From Octopus bimaculoides (lineage: Eukaryota): a DNA stretch of 64,000 nt. Below the pieces are notes generated by a model. That model worked only from the letters and a program-made list of their open reading frames with translations. It was not told the origin of the DNA and made no database searches. A program made the position numbers and the translations under genes. Position 1 is the stretch's first letter. Every line of letters begins with the position of its first letter. The DNA lies in assembly GCF_001194135.2 (NCBI RefSeq), contig NC_068995.1:43964243-44028242 (forward strand), in the 5' to 3' direction. Positions 13,665 to 26,600 of this stretch are shown in pieces.

Positions 13665-14075
13665 GAGGAAGTGCTCAAAAGTAAACGGAAACATTCTCTG
13701 TTGGACAAGCCCGTTCTAGTTCAGGATTCTGCCACTAGAAGTCACTTGATGCAACCCTTAGGCACCAGTCTGCCAACCAGTGTTGTCAGCTGGGGTGGTA
13801 TTGCCGCGTAGTGCGTCTTTGTTTTGCAGTACTTCTCCCCTATTTGTCGAATTTTGCGATGGCTGAAAGGAAGGAACAATTCTGTTTTCCGTTTGGGAAA
13901 ACGGCGGCCGAAACAGTTGTCATGTTTCAAACAGCTTACAAGGACGCTGTGCCGTTAGAAAAACACAAGTTTACAAGTTGTTTCCACGCTTTAGGAATGG
14001 TCACTTGTTACTTGTAAACGAACCTCGTTCGTGGCGACCGTCGACATCCCGAACGAATAAAAACATCACGAAAAT
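13662..14075 (+). mobile_element. Mariner (irritans-like) 5' end with HTH-domain transposase remnant
   Basis: TA+CGAGG terminus. From ATG 13859: MAERKEQFCFPFGKTAAETVVMFQTAYKDA, then frameshifted TQVY..F.RFRNG and EPRS.RPSTSRTN, typical of the mariner N-terminal HTH. Confidence 0.85.
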
Positions 14076-14454
14076 ATAAATTTGTATTTATGTACTATTT
14101 TACGTGTATTCCACTGATGAAAACAAAGCATTTCTTATGCAAAACCGGAAATCCAGTATCTGGAATTATCCAATAATTTTTTGCCAGTTTATTTTGTCTT
14201 TTTGTCTTCTCTCCTCGTGCTGTATGAATATTTGATGTGGTTTTAGAGTCAAGTTTTGGCTGCTATATCTAGCATGGTGGTATCTTTTAGATACCCTTAA
14301 TTATAATTTTAATAATATATTACCTCTGAGGTTTTTATTCCCATGCTAGCCACCTGATATGGTCAGTATTTTAAATAACGACCTTATCCTTATTGATATA
14401 AATATATATATGATATATATGTATATATGTATATATGTATGTATGTATGTACGT

Positions 14455-14509
<55 letters not shown>

Positions 14510-14542
14510 TATGCAAACATATGCACACATATGCACACATAT

Positions 14543-14710
14543 GCAGGCGTCGATATGTGGTAAGAAGCTTCTTTCACAACCACATAGCTCCAGGTTCAGT
14601 CCCACTGCCTGGCACCTTGGTCGGATGTCTTCTACTATAGCCTTGCGCCAACCAAACCCTTGTGAGCTGATTTGGTAGACAGAAACTGAAAGAAAGGTGT
14701 CGTATATATA
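14543..14710 (+). mobile_element. SINE family A head/core, running into a gap
   Basis: GGTAAGAAGC...GGTTCAGTCCCACTGCCTGGCACCTTGG...TCTTCTACTATAGCC...GATTTGGTAGACAGAAACTGAAAGAA then (TA)n. Confidence 0.9.
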
Positions 14711-16070
14711 TNNNNNNNNNNNNNNNNNNNNNNNNNNNNNNNNNNNNNNNNNNNNNNNNNNNNNNNNNNNNNNNNNNNNNNNNNNNNNNNNNNNNNNNNN
14801 NNNNNNNNNNNNNNNNNNNNNNNNNNNNNNNNNNNNNNNNNNNNNNNNNNNNNNNNNNNNNNNNNNNNNNNNNNNNNNNNNNNNNNNNNNNNNNNNNNNN
14901 NNNNNNNNNNNNNNNNNNNNNNNNNNNNNNNNNNNNNNNNNNNNNNNNNNNNNNNNNNNNNNNNNNNNNNNNNNNNNNNNNNNNNNNNNNNNNNNNNNNN
15001 NNNNNNNNNNNNNNNNNNNNNNNNNNNNNNNNNNNNNNNNNNNNNNNNNNNNNNNNNNNNNNNNNNNNNNNNNNNNNNNNNNNNNNNNNNNNNNNNNNNN
15101 NNNNNNNNNNNNNNNNNNNNNNNNNNNNNNNNNNNNNNNNNNNNNNNNNNNNNNNNNNNNNNNNNNNNNNNNNNNNNNNNNNNNNNNNNNNNNNNNNNNN
15201 NNNNNNNNNNNNNNNNNNNNNNNNNNNNNNNNNNNNNNNNNNNNNNNNNNNNNNNNNNNNNNNNNNNNNNNNNNNNNNTATATATGTCTTCATTACATTT
15301 AAAGTTATGTACACCGGAGGTTTCGTCAAGATTGCTTTCATTCTGAAACTATATCTGAACTTATGAACTTCGTTACTGTACAACATGTGACGATTGCGCC
15401 TAAGGCGTTGATCGCCATCTTTATCTCTCTATGTCATAATATATGGAATGTTCAGGTACTTATGCAGAAATATTCTCACCGGCATTTTGTTGCTCAACAT
15501 TTCCGATATTAAGTTATGGTGGCATTATAAGAGCGGTAGTTACGTACGTCCAAATATCCAACAGAGAACTGCATTCTCTTTCTTTCTTTCTCTCTCTCTC
15601 TCTCTCCCTTTCTCTCCCTCTTTTTCTTCTTATCCCCCCTATATATATATGTGTGTGTGTGTTTGTGTGTGTATGTGTGTGTTTATTTCTGTGTGTTTGT
15701 GTATGAGTGCGTACAGCATACGTGCACACCTGTGTGTGTATGTATGCATCTATGTATGTCTGTATGTATGCGTATTTGTATGTATTTGTGTACGTATGTA
15801 TGCATGTATGTATGCATGTATGTATGCCTGTATTCATAATTTAAACAAAATTGAGCTAAGAGGAATAACTCAGAGTGGCTAGTGGCATGTATAGGAACAA
15901 CATAGACGAGTACAGGTGTATCAAATACCATAGAACATAAAAATCTTGATTTCTAAAATTATCTCTGCCTCTAAATGATGTTATAATTTTTAAAAAAAGA
16001 CAATTAAGATCAGCTCCACTTGTGTAGGGGAGATAATCGCAAGGATCAAAATTTCTCCAGAGTTAACAGT

Positions 16071-16225
16071 CGCAGGATTGGCTGTGTAATAAGAAGTGTT
16101 ATTCCCAACTACATGGTTCCCGGTTCAGTCCCACTGCGTCTTCCACAGTCTTCCACTATAGGCTAGGGCCGACCATAGCCTAGTGAGTAGATTTGATAGA
16201 CGGAAACTGAATGAAGCTCGTCGCT
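16071..16225 (+). mobile_element. SINE family A head/core
   Basis: Matches family A; small deletion at the start of the core. Confidence 0.85.
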
Positions 16226-16253
16226 TATATATATATATATATATATATATCGG

Positions 16254-16347
16254 AGAAGACACTCGACCAAGGTGCCACGCAGTGGGACTGAACCCGGAAC
16301 CATGTGGTTGGTAGGCAAGCTACTTACCACACAGCCACTCCTGTGCC
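16254..16347 (-). mobile_element. SINE family A head (3'-truncated), inverted relative to the 16071 copy
   Basis: Minus strand GGCACAGGAGTGGCTGTGTGGTAAGTAGCTTGCC...GGTTCAGTCCCACTGCGTGGCACCTTGG. Confidence 0.9.
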
Positions 16348-17099
16348 TATATACAACATTCTTAGTGGACTTCATAATTTTTTTCTTCTGTTTATTTTTT
16401 AGTATTCTAGTAGAATTTTCTTGTGTTCGTTGGAGAGATATTTTTCATTTCTCTCCACAACTTTAGTACCTATCCTAGCGGTGTTTCTGTTTTTGTGATC
16501 GCAAACTCAGGCAAGACAGTTGCTAAACATCTTTATTGGACACGTTGCTTCAATGATACAAGCTGAATCTCGGATGACAGTGATACAGATTACAGGCCCA
16601 CGGCTGCACGTATTTACATAGTTCAGAAAGCAAAGGGTAGGTGATAGGACAGGAGCCATAAGTTGTTGTGAGCGATGTATTTGTTGTTCTGATGAACTTT
16701 ATACTACTTCATCATACCACCAGTGAAATAAAAATTGCTTTCATTGCAAGTTTCAAAATAAATATGAATTACAACCTAAATACTCCCCGTCTTTTAATTA
16801 AAATTTTCCCATTCGTTTTCCTATATTTAGGTACCAGAAACGACTCTTTCCACACTGCTTCAATAATCCATTAAGTAAGAGCTGAATTCTCAATTAATAC
16901 GAACTTTACAATATCACTAGTTCGTTGGCTGTGCCTTTTCTGGTTATATGAACCCCAACGTCTTAAGGTTGGTGTTGATTTTGATCGTTGGTACAAACGT
17001 AAAGTTAGAGTCCGGTTTGTGTAACAGCAGGTTGCTCATAATTTTGGCATTAATGAATTCTTATTCTCTTACCTTTAACAGTAAATTAAAAATCGCTCC

Positions 17100-17870
17100 G
17101 TAACTGATTTCCACTGTTGAGCTTTTCTTTGTTCGAGGTCATTTTGTATGAACTGTATTCTTAAATTTTACTAACATTTTGGCAGGAATATTCCACCAGT
17201 GTTCTTTCATAGTATGAATGATTATGCTCTCCACGTCATGTCTCAAGCAGCCGTTACTGGTGTCGGTCTTAATTTCACAAATGTTATATCGGTTGTCTCA
17301 CATCAATCATTTACCGGCATCCTTATCACCCGGGGTATAGAATTGTAATTACAGCCAATTATCATTCGGTAGCGACAGATACTTTGATGCAGTTTCAACA
17401 CCATACATTTGAAAATGAAAGCTAATATACGTGACTGTCGATCTAAGATGTAGGTTTTCTTACAAAGTAGCTAAGCATTACATTCTGATGATATTCATAC
17501 ATACTTTCATTTGTTTAACTGTTGCAGTGGAACTGTTTAGTTTCTCTGGATGTATGTCCTTTGTTGTGGATCTCAGAATATTTTTTGATAAGATCCTTTC
17601 CAACTCCCATATCATTTATTTCGATTATGAACATTTGATCCATGAATGCACTTCTACTGCCATTGATCAATAAATGTTGTCAAAGTGATATGATGCAACG
17701 TTCAAAGACTGTTTGAATAGATCTTGCTTTCCTCTTAGGTAGATGTAAAACCATATCAGAGTCAATGAGGACATGGTCTTGGTTAATGTTTTGGGATTTT
17801 AACATCAACGGTCCAGATTTCATAGATGTCCAATCAAGTCGCCCAGATGTTGGCATGTCTATAGATACAC
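17100..17870 (-). mobile_element. Possible very old CR1-type LINE 3' remnant
   Basis: Interrupted minus-strand frames give LINGSRS...FIIEINDM, LQFYTPGDKD and HWWNIPAKMLVKFKN, weakly echoing CR1 RT and C-terminal motifs in the right order. Confidence 0.3.
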
Positions 17871-18727
17871 CAAAATAAACACTGGTTTATTGTGTGTGAA
17901 AAGTTATAGTAACCGGTATCATAGATTTTACTCCTAGTTTTATATTCCCTAGTAGCATATTCCTTGTTACAAATTCTATCTTATTAGTTCTTTTCATTCA
18001 TCCTACGTAACTCTAGCATCCCTTATCTTATACCAACATCAAGCAACTGATACGATTCTTGCTAAACTGGTTGTACTTTTCCCAGTTTTATAATCACAAT
18101 AGAATATTTATCCAAGGCAGACTCCGTTCCAATATCAGGTAAAGCTCACTTTCATACAACCCTTATTTTTTATCTATATTTTGTTCCTCAACGAAAATAA
18201 CTAGGAATTAATTACCCGTGCGACTGGATGAACTTTCGTCGCGGCCAAGGCAATAATACTTGGAAATACGCACCCCACCAACACAGCTATTAAGTTTTCT
18301 TATTCAAATACATTCTACTGCAACGTGTATCATGGACCTTAAATTCAGTGTGGTCGTTGTCGTTGCACCGCTCGACGTGTCACACGCGAATGTTACAATG
18401 AAATACTTCCATACTCGTAATTTTTAAGCACGTTTGGCCACATGTGAGATGCAGGATAAGTCGTGCCACTTAAGAATCTCCGTTCACTTGCGCAGCTTCT
18501 TTCTTTAATGCCACCGTTCTTTAAGAACCAAACAGTTATCAAAAGATTCACAGTTCAAAGAAAAATTGATCAACATCGAAATCTATGGATAACCATAAGC
18601 ATATATGGGCTTTTGTGTATGTATATGTATGAAAGTGTGTATGCATCTATGTATATAAAAATGTGTGTGTGTGTGTGTATGTCTGTGTGTGTGTGTCTGT
18701 GTGCATGTGTGTATATAAATATATATG

Positions 18728-18763
<36 letters not shown>

Positions 18764-18987
18764 NNNNNNNNNNNNNNNNNNNNNNNNNNNNNNNNNNNNN
18801 NNNNNNNNNNNNNNNNNNNNNNNNNNNNNNNNNNNNNNNNNNNNNNNNNNNNNNNNNNNNNNNNNNNNNNNNNNNNNNNNNNNNNNNNNNNNNNNNNNNN
18901 NNNNNNNNNNNNNNNNNNNNNNNNNNNNNNNNNNNNNNNNNNNNNNNNNNNNNNNNNNNNNNNNNNNNNNNNNNNNNNNNNNNNNNN

Positions 18988-19041
<54 letters not shown>

Positions 19042-19421
19042 GACATCAGTGTGTGTGTACCTGGGTGTTTGTATGTGCGTATAGGCTTGTATGCATATTT
19101 TTATATTCGTACGCGTCTATGTATGCACGTGCATGTATGCCGTAGACGATGTTGTGAAGAACATATTTAACTCCTCAGAAGAGAGACATGTTAACATGTG
19201 TAGATATATGTTAACATTGATAAGTTACTACCCCATTCTCTTCTCATTGGTCTTTATCATATATTCATAGAAACACAGGTTGAAGACTGTCGTTATCAAA
19301 TTGGTAACGAACAAGCTATTAATACACCAAAGTATCAAAATATATTAGATGAATCAAAAGTATACAGAGTAGAGTACACACCACAATCATACGCAAACAT
19401 GCACACACATGTATAAACACT

Positions 19422-19463
<42 letters not shown>

Positions 19464-19685
19464 TGTGTGTGTGTTTGCGTGTGGGGGTTGTTAATGTTTC
19501 TTTTTATGCTCATTTATAACAAAAACATTAATACATTACTCTCTCGAGTTCCTCTATACTTTTGCATAGTACAAATTTATTATTCTTAAAGAAGACTATA
19601 GCTTAAATGGCTGAAACATCGAATAATACTTTTGTTTAAGAATTCCAGTCTTTTCAGCATGCTGAACGTCATTTCATCATGTTGA

Positions 19686-19880
19686 ACCGCTAATATCTAC
19701 ACATTTTCTTCTCTCTCCGTTTCCGTTCTCTCTCCATTTTTTACCTCTAATCCTTTCTGTCGAAGAGCGTAGGCTCGAAAAGTCAATGGTTTTTCCATTC
19801 TTCCCGAGCATTAAACTAATACACCTGCTTGTTGTTTCCTCACCTGTCTTCGTCTTTTGGTTTCTGTAAGCTTGAACAAT
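19686..19880 (+). mobile_element. Penelope-like terminal-repeat fragment (family P1) carrying a hammerhead-like motif
   Basis: CCTTT CTGTCGA A GAGC GTAG GCTC GAAA A GTC AATGG. Motif and flanks are homologous to 51418-51600 (minus). Confidence 0.6.
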
Positions 19881-19899
19881 AGATATATATTATTTTTAA

Positions 19900-20600
19900 T
19901 CTGCAAGGGCTGCAAAGTAATTGAAGTGCAGACCCTTATTATAAAACGAGATTTGTAGTGTGATCATCTACAGAGAAACGTGTTCAAATCCTTTCCAACA
20001 CTTGCAACGTCTAACGATAATCTTCCCGAAAGAAATAAGAAACCTTATTATTCAGTTCTTGCAAGTTTCAAAGAACAGTTTTAAAGAATATTTTCCTCAT
20101 CCACTACCAATAATTATTTCATTAAGGATTTGTTTCATGTAAATGTAAAATGCTAAACTTAAAACAAATATATTTATCTATAATAATCAGTTCTGTGTTA
20201 TAGACTTTTCAATTCGTTCGATTTAGCTTTATTTGGAAAATGAATCCGCAATTTTGACATACAAAGCATTGAAATGTTTAATACTGTTCCAAGCTACATA
20301 CTCATATGAGCAGGATTTCTCCCAGCTATTTTACATAAGATGCAAATAGAGAAACATGATGAACGCGAGATCTGGTGTCTACTTAAAACTGACAACCATT
20401 GCACCTGGAATCTAGAACGAATTAGCAACAGTGGCGTCAACAATCTCATTAAACGAGAAAAATTTTTTCATTAACGTTGCCATTTATATAATTGCGTATT
20501 TAATCACATATAACTTCAATTTGGAAATGAACATGGTAAAAGAGTTTGTTGTTGGTTAATAAAATCAACTCGTTCAGAAAACAGACCCTTAAAAATTTTG
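19900..20600 (+). mobile_element. hAT (Charlie/Buster-like) transposase C-terminal remnant
   Basis: SFKEYFP, then KALKCLILFQATYSYEQDFSQLFYIRCK*RN...LKLTTIAPGI (20262-20450), matching the hAT dimerisation domain pattern KAL..L.PF.TTYLCEQGFS...IK.K.RNRL. Contains stops. Confidence 0.8.
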
Positions 20601-23600
20601 AAGGCACAGCGAAACATTTCGCTTAAATACATGGGTTCTTTCGTAGTGAACAAATTGGTAACCACTGACATATGTATGTGTNNNNNNNNNNNNNNNNNNN
20701 NNNNNNNNNNNNNNNNNNNNNNNNNNNNNNNNNNNNNNNNNNNNNNNNNNNNNNNNNNNNNNNNNNNNNNNNNNNNNNNNNNNNNNNNNNNNNNNNNNNN
20801 NNNNNNNNNNNNNNNNNNNNNNNNNNNNNNNNNNNNNNNNNNNNNNNNNNNNNNNNNNNNNNNNNNNNNNNNNNNNNNNNNNNNNNNNNNNNNNNNNNNN
20901 NNNNNNNNNNNNNNNNNNNNNNNNNNNNNNNNNNATGTTTCCGTGGTTTGTTTGCTAGCAGCAAACTTGCCAATGTTAAGCTAACGTAACTTCAATTACG
21001 TTTACAATTGCCCAGATATGTAATCTTTCTCTTGTTTTTTGTTTCTTTTCGCTTTTACTTCATCTTTCTCTTTTCTCTTTTCTTTTTTTTTTTGTTCTTT
21101 CTTTTTCCATATTTCGTTCAGAGTTTGAATACAATTTCGGGTAACTCAGAAAATGATCTCGAGAATAATTACTTTTAATAACTGAGTCTACAAAGAATTT
21201 TTATAGCTCGGTCGAGAAAATAGTAAATAAGATGAGAAGAGAAAAATGAATTTTCTTGGGGAATGAAGATATTGTACAAGAAATTCACATGAATAACGTT
21301 GGACTATCAAAAGGAAAACACAGCAAATACATAAAGATATACTACACAAAGTCATATAAACACACATATGTACTGTCTTGTGTGTATGTATATATGTGTG
21401 TATGCATGTATGTATGTGTGTATGTATATATGTATGTATAATGTGTTTCTAAACATTTATTTTCTACTAAATTCACTCAGAATACATTTTACGACCAGGA
21501 GTCACCTGCCCAAGGTATCGCATAGTGAGATTGAAACCGAAATAAAATGCTAGCAAAGTGAGCTCCTTAACCACACCGCCATCCTTGCAGCTACAGATTC
21601 TAAACCACATGTAAACATTTATACACGCACAGAAATGGTAGAACTAACTACAAATACAAGTGCAGGCTCTAGAAGTGCCTGCGGTGGCAGCAACAACAAC
21701 AACAATAACAGGAGCCGAAGCAAAAACAACAAAAGATCAACGTCGTTAACACCAGCCTGAGCAACGTAAAGATAACGACAAGATCAGCAAGAGAAACAAG
21801 AACAACAGCAACAACAGTAGTAAGGAGTGACACACAGTTTCCCTTCCTCCATTTTATGCTATTGTTTAAAACAGAGAAGGTGGATGTGACTATTATAACC
21901 TCTTCTGGCCATTGTGACGCATATATAAGACTGTATACGTCGGGAGGGAACGAAGAAAGCAACTACTACGACAACTACTGTAATAACAGCAATAAAAACA
22001 ATAGTGACAACTCATGGGATGCACATAGAACAGCAAGAACACACCAGAACAATAACGTCTCTATTTATTAATAACATATTCTGGCAGATCCGAATGTGAA
22101 TAGCTGCTTGTTTTTAATTTTCACAATGGAGAACACCTGCTCTCTTTTGGTTGGCTATGTTCTTAACAAGCGCGCTTACTCGACACACACCCCATAAATT
22201 ATTATGTTTGGCAGGCAACAGGCTGCACCAGCAAATAATTTCTTTGTTGATTCCTGTAAACAATAACTTGTGTTCTTGTTAGATTCATTGGTCAGGAGCG
22301 GTAGCTTTGACTGAGGAGAAACATAATAGACTCGAAACACTATGGTGTATCGAAAGTCCCTTGCTCCTATAAATCACGTGCGTTATGTAGATACATTGTC
22401 TAAGCAAAGGAGGTATTCTGCAGTGGCATAAAACAACAGCGATCATCTATCTACGATCGATATTTCAGAACGTATTAAGAACGAATAGATATGTTCTTTT
22501 AACCAGATCATTAATTAGCTGTATATAGAAATTGCTGTAATAAAGGTGAAACAAGATATTCTTTACATTATATTTTCTTGTTTTATATAATTGTATCTAA
22601 TGTTATTTCACCCTTACATTTTACCCATTCTCAGATTCTATATAGAGAAAACTGAAGTATAAACATCAAAAAATATATCTAGTGTAATTAAAAGTCCAAT
22701 TAATAATAGGTCGTTAAACTCCAATATATTATTATATCGCAGCAAATCCAGGTGAAAAATTATCTTTTAAAGCAAAGGATTTAGTATAAAAAGTAGAGAA
22801 CCGCGAATCTATCATATACTTCATAGCTTAATTCTTTTCAATAGTTGTTTCATTAGCAATAAACATAATTATTTCAGTTATTATGTAAGATACATAATTG
22901 ATTAATTTAAATTAAATAAATTCAAAACCGATACTTGTTTGGAGTATCATGCATATCAAATTCTACGTCGTTAAACTATTAATTTGCATATTTAAGCTTT
23001 TAAGTGTGACAGTCACCAATACGTGATTGCCTGAAGTTTGTAGAGAAACGGGTGTCGTCAATAAACGGTTCTAACCGTCACAATATTTTTTTAAAATCTT
23101 ATGTTAACTTCAATGTATTACCTTTTACAGCAAATGTAACACTTGAAGGATTAAAACAATCACAGCATGCATAATAAAAAGAACAACAATTTTTGACACT
23201 CACTATCAGCCTCTCAGTAGTGGTTTCTGGTGTCCGGAGCTGGTTAGACCCAGACCCTTCGGAGTCATTCGTCTCTTCTTTCTTCTCTTTCGTGCCATAT
23301 CCACTAACTCAAGCCCCCACATTAATCATAATACCAACTCCTTGCTAAAAACGTTATCCCACTGAAATTTTCTCCGAAGGCGTGTTTATACCTATAACAA
23401 TTGACAAGCATTTATTCAACAGAAACGCTAATGTTATTGGTCCCGCCGGTCTTCGGGTGTCTGCTAATGCCATGAGCACTAGCCTTTCTTACAAATGAAA
23501 TATTAAAAGGAAAAAAAAGGAAAATTTGCTTCTTTGGTTCATCATTTCCACTGTTCATTGTTACTTATATGTGATACTGAGAACTGAATGGCTATAAAAA

Positions 23601-24811
23601 GCAAGATATCACAAGTTATTGGTTATATAATATCAGGTAAAACTTATACGTCTGCTGTTCGTTGTGTCCTTCTATTCTTATTATTGTTGTCCATCTTTCA
23701 AAGAAATATAAAAGCGTTACATGACCTTTATTCAACAAAGGATTTATTCAATCTCTATGACATAACTATTACCTTTAACACAGCTTTAGGCGATGTTTTA
23801 CAAGCAATGGCCTCTAGAACGGCAGTAAACTTCTCCAGAGTAATAAACTTTTACCAATTCAGTCGTCTGTTCCATGATAGTGTACTGGAGAAGATCGTCA
23901 AATCAATAACGAAAGAAATATTGTTTGTGAGGTTCGTTTCACATAAAACTCCAACCATAAACAACCGACAAGTGTTGGTGGCCAAGATGGAATGGTAATA
24001 CGCTCTTTAATTATATCTTCAATAACAGAAGCCACGAAATCTATATATCAAAATATATTTACTATTGTAATTGCTCGCAAGTAAACATATTCTATTCTTA
24101 AGTCCTTCATATATTTTGTGGAACCACGTCGAATATATGACTACATAACTGTAGCCTGATTTGAAATCATAAGAATGAGATATCAATTTTTTTTGTATTT
24201 TGCAGTAAATCATGTAAAGAATTGGTAAATGTTTTGAAACAAAGAAACTGAACAGCTATTTAATATTTTTTTTTTCATTTTGTATTTTGTGAATTATAGC
24301 TTCAATGGTTACAGGTCTCCAATGGAACAATCATTTGGTTTATTGAAATCATCTGTACAATTTGAGCGTAACAAATACTACAGAGTATTCTTGTTTTAAA
24401 ATACAGGTTTGTTGGTTTTTGTCGGTTTACACCTGCAAAAGACTGACATTTTCATATACACAGATATATATATATATANNNNNNNNNNTATGTATGTGTA
24501 TGTGTCTACATATGTTATGTATGCGCGCGCGTATGTGTGTGTGTGTGTGCGTGTGTGTGTGTGTGTGCTTATACACGTACGATGTACGGACTTCGCTACG
24601 ATATCCGTCTTCGAAATTCCATTCACAGTTTATCGGACAAACCGATACTACAATAGAACATGCTTGCCCAAGATGAAAATCGCAGTTAAACCGAAATCAG
24701 AACCATGTGGTAAGGAAGTGAAATTCTAACTCATAGAATCATTGCTTTTCCCAAATACGATATGAAAATATTAACACATGGAAACTCCAACCCCCTTGAT
24801 GTAATAATACA

Positions 24812-24945
24812 TGAAGGCGCATAAAGCCGCATGACCTGGATGTTAGGTTGTTGCACGTACAATCGCTAGGTCGTGGATTCGATTCCCAGACCCTGCAGCG
24901 TGTTGTGTACTTGAGCAAAACACTTTATTTCACGTTGCTCTAGTG
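24812..24945 (+). mobile_element. SINE family D-like head/core
   Basis: GAAGGCGCAT...GATTCGATTCCCAGACC...TGTTGTGTACTTGAGCAAAACACTTTATTTCACGTTGCTC matches the 51068 copy. Confidence 0.75.
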
Positions 24946-25023
24946 CAGTGAGGGGACCCGTATCACAATGAACAGAGCCAACGTTTGATCCACGAGTCGT
25001 TAAAGGTTCGAAAATTCCCCCAA

Positions 25024-25069
25024 GACACCTGATGAAGGGTGGAGTGTATATCAGCCGAAACGTTGAGTT
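25024..25069 (+). ncRNA. Minimal type I hammerhead-ribozyme-like motif (family P2), degenerate
   Basis: GACAC CTGATGA A GGGTG [GAGTGTATAT] CAGCC GAAA C GTT GAGTT: core boxes intact, one mismatch each in stems I and II, AACGTT palindrome at stem III. Confidence 0.6.
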
Positions 25070-25374
25070 AACAACAAACAAGATGAGGACAAATATCCGT
25101 CAATTGTAAATAATGTATATAATTCCTCATTTCTTAAATATAGAACTAGATTGATTTAGGATTTGTAGTCCGACCTCGTAGAACGCTCACCAGCAACAAC
25201 TACCCAAACGACCAGACCCATGGGTTGGAGGGTTGTCGCCTGAATGTTGCAGAGGCATTATACACCAGGAATAGTATGGAATCACCAGCATATGATGGAT
25301 GCAGCAACGTGATGTTATAGCATATGCCCCCCGTACTACTCCCACTACTACTACCTCGCATACATGATATATAG

Positions 25375-25591
25375 GGCGGCGAGCTGGCAGAATCGTTAGC
25401 ACGCCTGGCGAAATGCTTAGCGGTATTTCGACTGCCGCTACGTTCTGAGTTCAAATTACGCCTCGGTCGACTTCGGGGTCGATTAAATAAGCACCAGTTA
25501 CGCACTGGGGTCGATGTAATCGACCTAATCCCTTTGTCTGTCCTTGTTTGTCCACTCTGTGTTTAGCCCTCTGTGAGTAATAAAGAAATAG
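25375..25591 (+). mobile_element. SINE family E
   Basis: GGCGGCGAGCTGGCAGAATCGTTAGCACGCC...GAAATGCTTAGCGG...GTTCTGAGTTCAAAT...GGGGTCGAT; homologous to the copies at 29295, 41992, 58850 and 59160. Confidence 0.9.
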
Positions 25592-25998
25592 ATGTACTTT
25601 TCGACATAAAATTCCAAATTATATAAGTACGAAACCGTATCTTTCGACACTAAACTGACATACAATTATTTATTTCTAACACCATTCAGGGTGGTACAGA
25701 ATTAGTTAACAAATCCATTATAAATTACCTATTTCAGCCGTTAAATTTTGTGATTATACTCTAGTTTCCCTTAGCCGTTATTAAATTATAGCTTTCCTCA
25801 TACATTTCTGCTGAAATCAATTCACTAAACGATATTTTAATATAATCTAACACAAGTGTTCAGCTGTGTTATGTTTTCATTTAACTTCTACGTTAATCTT
25901 TTTTTTTTATTTTCTAAAACCTGAAGTATCGATTAGTTTCTACACCTCCTTATTTTTCACTGGTTTTCTAAAATTTGAATTTGTTCAAATTTAGCACA

Positions 25999-26042
<44 letters not shown>

Positions 26043-26442
26043 GTATAAATATAGTTCTCTCTTTTTAACTTATATATATTCACAACAATTCTTTCTTAAA
26101 TTTCGAACATCAATTTTCTTATTAGGTTTTATCCCAGCTTTCACACATTTAAAAACACGTCCACAAGCAGGCACCTACGATCACAGATATATTTAAATAC
26201 ATGCATGCACACATACATACATATATACATATATACATACAGGCATACATACATACATACATACATATATACATACATACAAACATACGTTCTTTCAAGC
26301 ATGCGTACATATATATATATAAACACGTGCATATATGCATATACACATACACACACACTACATATGTACATAAAGATAATGATGCAAATAAACAAATAAA
26401 ACCGCTTGGTTTAGATATATAAGAATACACATACGCATGCAC

Positions 26443-26570
26443 GCGTAGGCGTGGCTGTGTGGTAAGAATCGTGCTTCCCAAACACATGGTTCCAGGTTCG
26501 ATCCAACGGCATAACACTGTGGACAAGTGTCTTCTACTATAACCTCGGGTCGACCAAATCCTTGTAAGTA
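26443..26570 (+). mobile_element. SINE family A, ending at the start of the hammerhead repeat
   Basis: GTGGCTGTGTGGTAAG...GGTTCGATCC...GGACAAGTGTCTTCTACTATAACCTCGGGTCGACCAAATCCTTG. Confidence 0.85.
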
Positions 26571-26600
26571 GTTCGGGATCTGGAATTTTTGCCCCAGTAA

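Noticed and set aside
17520-17600. HNKGHTSRETKQFHC resembling a C2H2 zinc-finger linker
   Set aside because: No CxxC or repeated fingers; fits the surrounding CR1-like remnant better.
23290-23330. In-frame TGA in GA*VSGY as possible selenocysteine
   Set aside because: Lacks the CxxU context of SelW-like proteins, the frame has other stops upstream, and no SECIS was identified.
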